A stretch of DNA of 64,000 bases from an uncultured Eubacteriales bacterium (GTDB lineage Bacteria; Bacillota; Clostridia; Oscillospirales; CAG-272), in contig UQNQ01000001.1 in the NCBI GenBank assembly GCA_900542425.1, positions 64,541 to 128,540 on the forward strand, given 5' to 3'. This document shows, piece by piece, positions 1 through 7,796 of the stretch (position 1 is its first letter; each line of letters starts with the position of its first letter). Both the position numbers and the translations under genes were made by a program. The notes beneath the pieces are model-generated. The model made no database searches. It had not been told where the DNA came from and saw nothing but the letters and a program-made list of their open reading frames with translations.

Positions 1-1287
1 GATACCGAGGTGATGCTGGCAAAGCTGGTTTCCGAAGGATATGAAATCACACCGGAAGATATTGAGGCAGATGTAATTATTGTGAATACGTGCGCGTTTA
101 TTGAAAGCGCGAAAAACGAAGCGATTGAAAATATTCTGGATGTCGCATGGCTAAAAAAGCACCACACGCTGCAGGCAATCATTGTGACAGGTTGTCTCGC
201 AGAACGCTATCGTTCTCAAATTTTCGATGAAATTCCGGAAGTGGACGCTGTGATCGGTGTCGGAAGTCTCGGACATATTGCAGAGGCGGTGGATGCGGTC
301 CTGAAAGGGGAGAAATACAGTTCTTTTGATGATAAAAACACTTCTCCTCTCGGCGGTGAACGGATTGTGACAACGCCGGAATATACGGCTTACCTGAAGG
401 TAGCTGAAGGATGCGATAACCGCTGTACGTATTGTGCGATTCCGATGATCAGAGGGAATTTCCGAAGCCGTCCGATTGAGGATCTTGTGAAGGAAGCAAA
501 GGAACTGGAGGCAATCGGAGTCAAGGAACTCAACTTGATTGCACAGGATACTACGCGGTATGGGCTGGATTTATATGGAGAATATCGGCTGCCTGCGTTG
601 ATTCGGGCTATCTGCGAGGCAACGAACATTCCATGGATTCGGATTCTTTATTGTTATCCTGATAAAATTACAGATGAGCTCATCGAGGAAATGAAGCATA
701 ATGATCGTGTCGTCAAATATATCGACCTGCCGATTCAGCATATCAGTGATCGGGTACTGTCGGCAATGAATCGTCATGGCGATGCTTCCATGATCAAAGC
801 CGTGGTGAAAAAGCTACGCGATGAGATTCCGGACATTTGTATCCGCACAACCGTCATTGTCGGATTCCCGGGTGAAACAGAGGAAGATTTTAATGAGCTT
901 TGCGATTATATATCCGAGGCAAAATTTGACCGTTTAGGCGCTTTTACCTATTCTCGGGAAGAGGATACACCGGCATATGCGTTTGATGATCAAATCGATG
1001 AACAAACGAAGCAAGACAGATATGATATCATTATGCGCGAGCAGCTTCATATCGCGGAGCGAAAAAACGAAGCGCTTGTTGGAAAGCGGATTGCCGTACT
1101 TTGTGAGGCGTTTGATCCTGCGGCGGAAATCTATTACGGCAGAAGCGCCCATGATGCTCCGGATATTGATACAAAGGTTTATTTCAAGAATGCGATCGGA
1201 AAGAAACGGATTGCACCCGGAACCTTTGTTGATGTGGATATTGAAGAAGCTATCGATTATGATCTTGTCGGAAAAGCTGTCGTATGA
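1..1287 (+). CDS. rimO: Ribosomal protein S12 methylthiotransferase RimO (5' end outside the window)
   Basis: The frame is open from nt 1 (DTEVMLAKL...). It has a MiaB/RimO N-domain, the radical-SAM motif AEGCDNRCTYCAIP, and a C-terminal TRAM-like segment (GRSAHDAPDIDTKVYF...DYDLVG). rimO-pgsA adjacency is common in Firmicutes. Confidence 0.85.
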   Translation, partial: DTEVMLAKLVSEGYEITPEDIEADVIIVNTCAFIESAKNEAIENILDVAWLKKHHTLQAIIVTGCLAERYRSQIFDEIPEVDAVIGVGSLGHIAEAVDAVLKGEKYSSFDDKNTSPLGGERIVTTPEYTAYLKVAEGCDNRCTYCAIPMIRGNFRSRPIEDLVKEAKELEAIGVKELNLIAQDTTRYGLDLYGEYRLPALIRAICEATNIPWIRILYCYPDKITDELIEEMKHNDRVVKYIDLPIQHISDRVLSAMNRHGDASMIKAVVKKLRDEIPDICIRTTVIVGFPGETEEDFNELCDYISEAKFDRLGAFTYSREEDTPAYAFDDQIDEQTKQDRYDIIMREQLHIAERKNEALVGKRIAVLCEAFDPAAEIYYGRSAHDAPDIDTKVYFKNAIGKKRIAPGTFVDVDIEEAIDYDLVGKAVV

Positions 1288-1338
1288 ATTTAAAAATCTA
1301 TCGCTGACCATGCGGTGAATATTCGGAGGTCTTTTGAA

Positions 1339-1923
1339 ATGAAACTGAACTTGCCCAATAAACTAACAGTTGCAAGAATGGTGATGGTGCCGTTTCTCAT
1401 GGTATTTATTACATTTGATTTTGGACTCGGAAAATGGTCAAGGCTTATTGCTGCATTGTTTTTCGGCCTGGCATCTTTTACGGATTTTGTGGATGGGCAT
1501 ATTGCACGACGCGACGGATTGGTAACAAATTTCGGAAAATTTCTTGATCCGCTGGCGGATAAGCTTATGGTATTTGTCGCTTTGATTTCGCTTTGTTATG
1601 TGACGGGGCGCGATGAAGGTGTGAGTGTGTACGGTGTGCTGCTGCTTGCCGCGACTGTGATTGTGATTTTCCGTGAACTGGCCGTGACGTCTATGCGTAT
1701 GGTTGTTACCAATACGGATGGACTTGTGATTGCGGCGAATTCTCTTGGCAAAATCAAAACCTGTACGCAAATTCTTTTTATTCTGACAGCATTGCTTGAG
1801 CCGGTTGTCTGGACTGGTCATATTGCTTCTTACATTACGATGGCGGCAATGTCAGTGATGACAATATGGTCCGGCATATCCTATTTTCAAAGTTATTGGA
1901 AATATATCAATCCGGAAAAATAA
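1339..1923 (+). CDS. pgsA: CDP-diacylglycerol--glycerol-3-phosphate 3-phosphatidyltransferase
   Basis: CDP-alcohol phosphatidyltransferase motif DGHIARRDGLVTNFGKFLDPLADK in a multi-TM protein. I moved the start to ATG 1339, which sits 9 nt after GGAGG at 1325-1329. Confidence 0.9.
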   Translation: MKLNLPNKLTVARMVMVPFLMVFITFDFGLGKWSRLIAALFFGLASFTDFVDGHIARRDGLVTNFGKFLDPLADKLMVFVALISLCYVTGRDEGVSVYGVLLLAATVIVIFRELAVTSMRMVVTNTDGLVIAANSLGKIKTCTQILFILTALLEPVVWTGHIASYITMAAMSVMTIWSGISYFQSYWKYINPEK

Positions 1924-2048
1924 AAGCTTCTTCCGGATTGCTTCCGCAGTTATTGACAGGGAAATCATGTAAGGAAGAACGTTTTAGCGCGGACAAATGA
2001 GATGTCGAAAAATTTCAATCAATTGCTTGCGCTGGAATAAAAATTTTC

Positions 2049-2077
2049 TTGACAATATTTGAGATGCGGTATACAAT
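2049..2077 (+). promoter_or_regulatory. Sigma-A type promoter candidate (TTGACA-17-TACAAT)
   Basis: TTGACA at 2049-2054 and TACAAT at 2072-2077 with a 17-nt spacer, upstream of the DUF1292 gene. Confidence 0.5.
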
Positions 2078-2162
2078 ATAAGCAGAAGGGTTGAGCTCAT
2101 TCCTTCCAATTTAGGAGGGAGATGCGCTTTCTGATCGATTATTGAAAGGATTCTTACGAGTT

Positions 2163-2450
2163 ATGGCAGATGAGATTTACGACGCAGATATCATTACTTT
2201 GACGGATGAAGACGGTAATGAGACAGAGTTTGAAGTGATCGCTTCTCTTGAAATTGACGGCAATCTTTATTATGCGCTTATGCCGGTTGAGGATAATGAA
2301 AATGGAGATTGTGTTATCTTAAAGCTGGAAGAGGATGAAAACGGAGACGAAATTCTTTCCACCATTGATGATGACGATGAATATGAACGTGTTGCAGATG
2401 TGTTCGACGATGAAATTTTCTCAAAAATTGATTACGATGAGGAAGAATAA
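2163..2450 (+). CDS. DUF1292 (UPF0473) family small acidic protein
   Basis: ITLTDEDGNETEFEVIASLEIDGNLYYALMP followed by an acidic tail, typical of DUF1292. The start is chosen at ATG 2163; the ORF track opens at TTG 2142. Confidence 0.8.
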   Translation: MADEIYDADIITLTDEDGNETEFEVIASLEIDGNLYYALMPVEDNENGDCVILKLEEDENGDEILSTIDDDDEYERVADVFDDEIFSKIDYDEEE

Positions 2451-2518
2451 TCGGTAGCGATCTGCATATATTATGGATAGCTTCCCTTTAAAAAAGAGAA
2501 AGTACTGAAATAAAGAAA

Positions 2519-2727
2519 AAATCCTGCCCCTCGCGTGATATGTCATAAATTAAACCTACAACCAATTCTTGGAGCCTTTACCTGATATGGGTATGCAGAC
2601 CTCCCGACCGATCCTGCTTATGTCACGATCGATCCCGGATGCTGGGAGCACAAAGTATCGGAGCGGGCACCTACCTTGCTTAAATGCAGGGCATTAATTT
2701 TGACGTACACGGCTGGGTGGGTTTTCT
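2519..2727 (+). ncRNA. Structured RNA candidate, class unresolved (6S-RNA-like closing helix is my best guess)
   Basis: No credible ORF here. The 5' segment 2523-2544 (CCUGCCC..CGUG..GUC) can pair with the 3' segment 2702-2721 (GAC..CACG..GGGUGGG), closing about 200 nt. A plus-strand-only intrinsic terminator follows. Confidence 0.3.
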
Positions 2728-2745
2728 TTTGCCAATGATGAAAAA

Positions 2746-2794
2746 CTGTGTAGTCAGATTTTTTAAGATCTGGCCGCGCAGTTTTATTTTTATT
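2746..2794 (+). terminator. Rho-independent terminator (plus-strand specific)
   Basis: A 14-bp stem pairs 2746-2759 with 2768-2781. It needs three U-G pairs, so it folds only in plus-strand RNA. UUUUAUUUUUAUU follows. Confidence 0.6.
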
Positions 2795-2894
2795 CTAAAA
2801 AATAAGCGAAAACGCAGAAAACAAAAAGACGATTTGTTTTAAAAGAAACACAAAGCAAGAAAACATTTTTTAGCTTTATGAGAGATTTTTCAAA

Positions 2895-2933
2895 TAAAAA
2901 AACACCAATATCCTTAGGGATATTGGTGTTTTT
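2895..2933 (-). terminator. Bidirectional hairpin terminator downstream of the SBP-like gene
   Basis: ACACCAATATCC/GGATATTGGTGT forms a 12-bp perfect stem flanked by an A-run and a T-run, 15 nt past the stop at 2949. Confidence 0.7.
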
Positions 2934-2948
2934 CAAGTCAAAAGCTAT

Positions 2949-4496
2949 TTATGCTTCATTTTTGCTGATAGTATTAATGAATTGCTGAATTGCATCAGCT
3001 ACAACGGTTTCATTTCTGTCAGCCCACTTGGTGACATTGTTCTTACCAGTAGAAATGAAGTTGCTGAAGTCTCCTTCGTATCCAGCCCAATAGAGATATC
3101 CGGGATCAAAGGTACGAGTATCAAGAATGATTTCAAGCATTTCAGCCGAGTCGATATCGTTGCAGTATTCATAGCTGTAGGTATCGATCCAAGCGGTACG
3201 AACAAGATATTTGGAATGATATCCAAAGAGCTCCAAAAATTCGCCTAATGTCTCGATGTGAGGAACAGAGGTCGGAACAGCATAGCAATAAACGTGGTTG
3301 TCAACATAGTGAGCATAATTTTCTTGTGTTTCGCTGTAAAGCGGATACGGAAGGATACCAATTGACAGACCTTCAACATCTTTCATTCTTTCCAAAACAT
3401 CCAGAACTTCAGATCCGAAAAGGGTTTTTCCGCCTGAGAGGGCGTTTTGAACGTCAGTATATCCAAGAGTTTCAGCTTCCTCGGTTGACCAAACTTCGAT
3501 TGCTTTATTGATGACATCGTTCCATGCAGCAGCATTATCTGTAACTTCAAGTACGAATGTACCATTGTCATTTCCGATAATGGAGAGACCGGAAGCGACA
3601 TGCAGACCGTGTGTTGCGTGAGCGGTTCTGACCCATCCAAGGATATCGCCTTCTGAATAATGGAATTCAGAGTTACCGCTGTTTTCATGTGCAGCAGCTT
3701 TTATCATTTCGACGAATTTGTCCATGGTCCATTTTTTGTCTCTGACCAGCTGATAAATATCCTCAGAGAAACCAGTGTTATCATACACGGTTTTATTCAT
3801 CATGATAGCGTGAGTAGCACTGAAAGAAGAAAGAGCAAAGTCGCCAAGTACAGTATACATTGCTAATGTACCATCGCTCTTCTTGATGCTGTAAGTGTCA
3901 ACCCAGTTCTGATCCCACCAATCATTTTCGAAATTAATTCCGAGATTGTAGAGATTGTATACGGTTCCAGCTTCCGATGTGGATTTGGATCCATATTTTA
4001 TAGAATACACATCGTAATTGTGCTGATTTCCTGTTACATCTGCACTGATCAAAGTGCCGACATCAGCGGTTGCTTCTACACGAATGGTGCAGTTGTAGAG
4101 GTCTTCCATGACTTCGTTTCTGTAACGGACTGCGACGCTGATAGGGTCGGTTGCGTCTGAATAAACTTCCTTAGCTGCATTCCAACCGTCAGTTGTGCCG
4201 TCGTCAGCAACGAAGACAAAAGTCTCTCCACCGAAGTCAACATCTTCAAAACCATAAGGCTTTTCTGTTCCGGTGGGTTCAGCAGTTGTGCCGGGGGTGG
4301 ATTCGGTGGTCTCGGAACTCTCTGATCCAGAGGTGGTTTCGCTGCCTCCCGAAGAGCTTGTCGTGCTTGATGTACCGGTTGTGCTGGAAGTTCCGTTAGA
4401 GGCAGTTGTCTCAACGGGCTTGTCACCACATCCTGCCATCAGAAACACGACGAGAATCATTGCAAGAGACAAAACAATTGCTAAAATTCTCTTCAT
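2949..4496 (-). CDS. Lipoprotein, LplA/YtcQ-type family-1 extracellular solute-binding protein with a Ser/Thr-rich linker
   Basis: Signal peptide with lipobox LMAGC and a linker TSSTTGTSSTTSSSGGSETTSGSESSETTEST. Blocks DWWDQNW, ILPYPLYSETQENY and SAEMLEIILDTRTFD resemble large sugar SBPs. Strong SD AAAGGAG. Confidence 0.7.
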   Translation of the reverse strand: MKRILAIVLSLAMILVVFLMAGCGDKPVETTASNGTSSTTGTSSTTSSSGGSETTSGSESSETTESTPGTTAEPTGTEKPYGFEDVDFGGETFVFVADDGTTDGWNAAKEVYSDATDPISVAVRYRNEVMEDLYNCTIRVEATADVGTLISADVTGNQHNYDVYSIKYGSKSTSEAGTVYNLYNLGINFENDWWDQNWVDTYSIKKSDGTLAMYTVLGDFALSSFSATHAIMMNKTVYDNTGFSEDIYQLVRDKKWTMDKFVEMIKAAAHENSGNSEFHYSEGDILGWVRTAHATHGLHVASGLSIIGNDNGTFVLEVTDNAAAWNDVINKAIEVWSTEEAETLGYTDVQNALSGGKTLFGSEVLDVLERMKDVEGLSIGILPYPLYSETQENYAHYVDNHVYCYAVPTSVPHIETLGEFLELFGYHSKYLVRTAWIDTYSYEYCNDIDSAEMLEIILDTRTFDPGYLYWAGYEGDFSNFISTGKNNVTKWADRNETVVADAIQQFINTISKNEA

Positions 4497-4580
4497 AAAA
4501 ATGAATCTCCTTTTTGCTTGAAATTTTAAACCGCTCGAAAATATCAGTAAAAAAACATAAGACGAGCGTTTCTATCAAAT

Positions 4581-4609
4581 AGTATAGCATTATATATTAA
4601 TTTTGTCAA
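4581..4609 (-). promoter_or_regulatory. Sigma-A type promoter (TTGACA-17-TATACT) for the SBP-like lipoprotein
   Basis: The reverse complement reads TTGACA (4604-4609), 17 nt, TATACT (4581-4586), about 85 nt upstream of the ATG. Confidence 0.6.
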
Positions 4610-4720
4610 CACTTATCGGCTGTTTCTGATGGATTTTCGTGATTATTCCTAAAAAAAAACAAGATTTTTGAGCAATAAGTCAATCAGGTTACAGTCCGAT
4701 TTTTCATTGTATTCGCTTCT

Positions 4721-4760
4721 GGCGGGATAACAAATTGACAGAGTCAATTTGTGTCCCGCC
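4721..4760. repeat. Long imperfect inverted repeat (about 18 bp arms) just downstream of lipoprotein gene 4787-5944
   Basis: GGCGGGATAACAAATTGAC aga GTCAATTTGTGTCCCGCC. There is no clean U-run on the minus strand, so it could be a terminator or an operator. Confidence 0.4.
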
Positions 4761-4786
4761 TTTGCGATGGAGTTTTTTCCAATAGA

Positions 4787-5944
4787 TCATTCGGCCATGG
4801 AAGAGGACTCGATATAACTGTGATAATTTTGAAGCTGACCGGGAGTTGAGCCGAACACAATATAGTCGATTTCAACAGTATTTCCTGCCTTAATTAATAC
4901 TCTGCTGTCTAAACGGTTAAAGTATTCGGCGTATACGTCATAATCGGCTGCCGTTTCTCCTTCGTCAAATTGATTATCTAAATAAGCATTGGCATAGGAA
5001 CAGGTAGCACCGAGCAGATGAAATCTTAATCCGGATACTTTGGTGTTTTGTTTCCATGTCCAGTTATTTCCAGGTCCTTGCCCGGGAAGAAGCACGCCTT
5101 TTCCGGAGGCATAGGTTGCCGCATAGCAAAGATCATAGATATAGGTTTCGTACGTGTTCTTTTGTTTCCCGATTGACATGACCATAAACTGCGTGGAAGC
5201 ATATGCCGTAGCATTATTGAACTGTACCGCGATTTTATCGTTGTCTGTCGGATTTAAAATGCGGATTTTCATATATTGATGATAACCGCGCCATTCCGAT
5301 TCTTTTCCGACTCCGTTAAAGGTAAAAGGAAAGCCTGCCCAAGTGCCGTAACCGGAGCGAAGCTCATCTTCAAAATCGTATGAGATCAAATCGTCAAAGT
5401 TTACCGCAAAATCATTCAAAGAGTAATAGCACGTATTGGTTCCGCGCTGAAAATACTGTGAATCATCGATGGTGGCAACTTCTCCGGCTGACTGAAACGT
5501 ACCGTCCTTTTTTGCTGTAAGTTTCAGCGAATCTTCCGTAAATTCTACGGTCAAAAACTCATTGTTATATGTCATAGCGCCGACGATATAATCATGAGTC
5601 GTCATATTTTTGTCTTCTGCATACGTTTTGGTTCCGAAATCCAGTCTTGCAAAAATAGGAAGTGTTGTGGAAAAGACCGAATTGCTCGGGGTAACCGGTT
5701 CCGCGCCGGTAGTATCCTCTGGATTATCTGTGATAATTTCCGAGGAAGAGGTGTCGTCTCCTGTTATGATATCTGAAGTACTTTCATTGTGAGATGTGCT
5801 GCTTGTTGTACTGGAACTTCCAGAAGTTGTCTCTTTACTGCTTGTTCCTGCCGTTGATGTCGTTTCATCCATATCTCCAAAACAGCCGGTAAGAGAGAGC
5901 GCTAATACAAGCAGGCTGAGTATAACAATCAGAAATTTTTTCAT
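4787..5944 (-). CDS. Lipoprotein of unknown family (paralogue A) with a Ser/Thr-rich linker
   Basis: Lipobox LTGC and a linker rich in S/T. It shares conserved blocks with 6240-7361 (FDFGTKT, YQYMKIRILNPT, LRFHLLGA, VEIDYIVFG). The SD is weak. Confidence 0.65.
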   Translation of the reverse strand: MKKFLIVILSLLVLALSLTGCFGDMDETTSTAGTSSKETTSGSSSTTSSTSHNESTSDIITGDDTSSSEIITDNPEDTTGAEPVTPSNSVFSTTLPIFARLDFGTKTYAEDKNMTTHDYIVGAMTYNNEFLTVEFTEDSLKLTAKKDGTFQSAGEVATIDDSQYFQRGTNTCYYSLNDFAVNFDDLISYDFEDELRSGYGTWAGFPFTFNGVGKESEWRGYHQYMKIRILNPTDNDKIAVQFNNATAYASTQFMVMSIGKQKNTYETYIYDLCYAATYASGKGVLLPGQGPGNNWTWKQNTKVSGLRFHLLGATCSYANAYLDNQFDEGETAADYDVYAEYFNRLDSRVLIKAGNTVEIDYIVFGSTPGQLQNYHSYIESSSMAE

Positions 5945-6194
5945 GTTGTGTGGTCCATTCCGCCGTCAGTAAGAAAACTGACGACATTTCTTACTAATAA
6001 TATCGTGCGGATTTAGCCCTGCGGCTTTGAAGATGTTTATACATTTAGATGCTTTTGAATCTTTAAACATCGAAATATTGCTTATCTTATAAAAACCGCA
6101 AAATGAGATTGTATTTACTTTTCCGCAATTTGAGTTTTTGCAATTGACTGAAATGTTATGCGCTGGACAGCGTTGTAAATGTTTTCAAAAAAAT

Positions 6195-6221
6195 AAAGGC
6201 GCTTCAATTAGAAGCGCCTTT
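6195..6221 (-). terminator. Bidirectional hairpin terminator after lipoprotein paralogue B
   Basis: AAAGGCGCTTC aatta GAAGCGCCTTT forms an 11-bp perfect stem, 19 nt past the stop at 6240. Confidence 0.7.
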
Positions 6222-6239
6222 AAAATATTTGTTGAAAAC

Positions 6240-7361
6240 TTAACCTGCGAGGGAAGAATCCTCGAGATAGCTGGTGTAACCGTCAAGCTGTTCAATTGTG
6301 CATCCGAAGACGATATAGTCAACTTCAACATGATCACCGCGTTTGATGTTGTTTCTGGTATCTCCGTTGGAATTGGCTCCTTTAGGACCATAAGCACCGA
6401 GCAAGTGGAAATTCAAAGCAGCCATTTTAAGGCTTGCAGACCATGCCCAGTTGCTTCCGCTGACACCGCCCTGATTCTTGGCGAGTTCTACACAGCCAAT
6501 ATAGGTAGTTGCATTGCCCATCGCAATGTCACGACCTGCTCCTGCAAGGAACATCAAATCGTAAGTGTAATTTCTCCATTCATTGGTCGGTGTGGTTGTC
6601 AGATTGTGTTCACTGGTTGTTGAGGGAGCTCCTCCTTGCAGATACATATAAGTAGCGATCTGCGTCGTGGAGAAAGACTGACCGGGAACTGCAAATTCCA
6701 TTGAAATCATATTGTTGCTTGTGGGATTGAGAATACGAATCTTCATGTACTGATACTGACCGATCCAAGACTTACCGATGTTAGAGGTGTTGAGCGGATA
6801 TCCGTTCCATGTACCCCAGCCCGGTTTCAATTCACCGTCAAAATCATATGTAATGATATCCGGGAATTTGAGAGCGAACGCACGAAGATCCATGCTGCTT
6901 GAATAATCTTTGGTTGCCCAAATGACGATAGTATCCTCTGTATATTCAATAGAAAGAGCAGTAGAATCGTACTCAAGAATGCTGGTCAAATATTCGTGAG
7001 AAGTGTGTCCATTGGCTTCTGCTTTGGTTTTTGTACCGAAATCGAAGCGATCAAAGACAGCCAGTGTGGTTCCTGTCGGAATGGTTGTTTCGTCACCAGG
7101 ATCGGTGGCAGTTGTTCCGCTTGTTGTCGTCTCGGTCGTCTCAGAAGATGTAGTTGTTTCCGAAGATGTGGTTGTTTCCGAAGACGTGGTTGTCTCAGAA
7201 GATGTGGTTGTCTCAGAAGATGTGGTTGTTTCTGAGTTGCTGGTTGTTTCCGAAGTACTGGGAGCTGCGGTGGTGGTCTCGTCTTTTCCGTCACAGCCGA
7301 CCATAGCAAGTACAGCGAAGAGCATAACAGCTACCAACAAGAGTGATAAAAGTCTCTTCAT
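6240..7361 (-). CDS. Lipoprotein of unknown family (paralogue B) with an (SSETTT)n repeat linker
   Basis: Lipobox MVGC and five tandem SSETTT units. It aligns with 4787-5944 over the C-terminal ~270 aa. Strong SD AAAGGAG. Confidence 0.7.
   Translation of the reverse strand: MKRLLSLLLVAVMLFAVLAMVGCDGKDETTTAAPSTSETTSNSETTTSSETTTSSETTTSSETTTSSETTTSSETTETTTSGTTATDPGDETTIPTGTTLAVFDRFDFGTKTKAEANGHTSHEYLTSILEYDSTALSIEYTEDTIVIWATKDYSSSMDLRAFALKFPDIITYDFDGELKPGWGTWNGYPLNTSNIGKSWIGQYQYMKIRILNPTSNNMISMEFAVPGQSFSTTQIATYMYLQGGAPSTTSEHNLTTTPTNEWRNYTYDLMFLAGAGRDIAMGNATTYIGCVELAKNQGGVSGSNWAWSASLKMAALNFHLLGAYGPKGANSNGDTRNNIKRGDHVEVDYIVFGCTIEQLDGYTSYLEDSSLAG
7138..7227 (-). repeat. Coding 18-bp tandem repeat, 5 good copies (degenerate copies extend to 7120-7263)
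   Basis: Units GTCTCAGAAGATGTrGTT and GTTTCCGAAGAyGTGGTT (plus-strand reading) encode SSETTT on the minus strand. Confidence 0.9.
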
Positions 7362-7448
7362 AAAAATAGAATCTCCTTTTTTTAAATTAAAGATTTTTCT
7401 TACCGTACAAGATATCGTCTGAAAATACCTCGCACCGTGATTACTGTT

Positions 7449-7477
7449 ATTGTATCACCAAACTTGAATTTTGTCAA
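7449..7477 (-). promoter_or_regulatory. Sigma-A type promoter (TTGACA-17-TACAAT with TGn extension) for paralogue B
   Basis: The reverse complement reads TTGACA (7472-7477), 17 nt, TGATACAAT (-10 at 7449-7454). Confidence 0.6.
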
Positions 7478-7755
7478 TACCTATAAAAAAATAGTGTCTA
7501 AAAAACCATTTGATTTGCGATAAATTTATGCCTTTTGATACTTTTTTTGTAAAAAATGTGTGAATATTCTTCATATAGTATGCTAAGAAAAACGGACAGA
7601 CTTCCTATGTTTGAAAATAATGGCGTGTCAGGATTTAAAGGAGATTTTGTATATTTTTTTTGTTTTATAATCCTGAATTCCGCTTGTGCTCATAGAATGA
7701 TTGTAATTCATAAATATGCACGTCCGACAGGGAAAATGACAAATATACAATAAAA

Positions 7756-7781
7756 AAGGAAGGCCGCCGCCTTCCTTTTTT
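7756..7781 (-). terminator. Bidirectional hairpin terminator downstream of the M23 peptidase gene
   Basis: AAGGAAGGC cgcc GCCTTCCTT flanked by A- and T-runs, 16 nt past the stop at 7797. Confidence 0.65.
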
Positions 7782-7796
7782 ATGATTATGGTTGGT

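Noticed and set aside
2465-2500. A dif-like string (GCATATATTATGGATAGCT) resembling the central and right part of the B. subtilis dif site.
   Set aside because: Only the AT-rich core and part of one arm match. The left arm does not match, so this is most likely chance in AT-rich DNA.
7138-7227. Checked whether the regular 18-bp repeats could be a CRISPR array.
   Set aside because: The units are directly abutting with no spacers and are only 18 bp long. They are in-frame inside a coding sequence, and there are no cas genes.
6138-7422. Plus-strand ORFs 6138-6623 and 7003-7422, the latter with a VVSEDVVVSED repeat.
   Set aside because: They mirror the minus-strand lipoprotein gene. The apparent repeat protein is the reverse-complement reading of the SSETTT tandem repeat.
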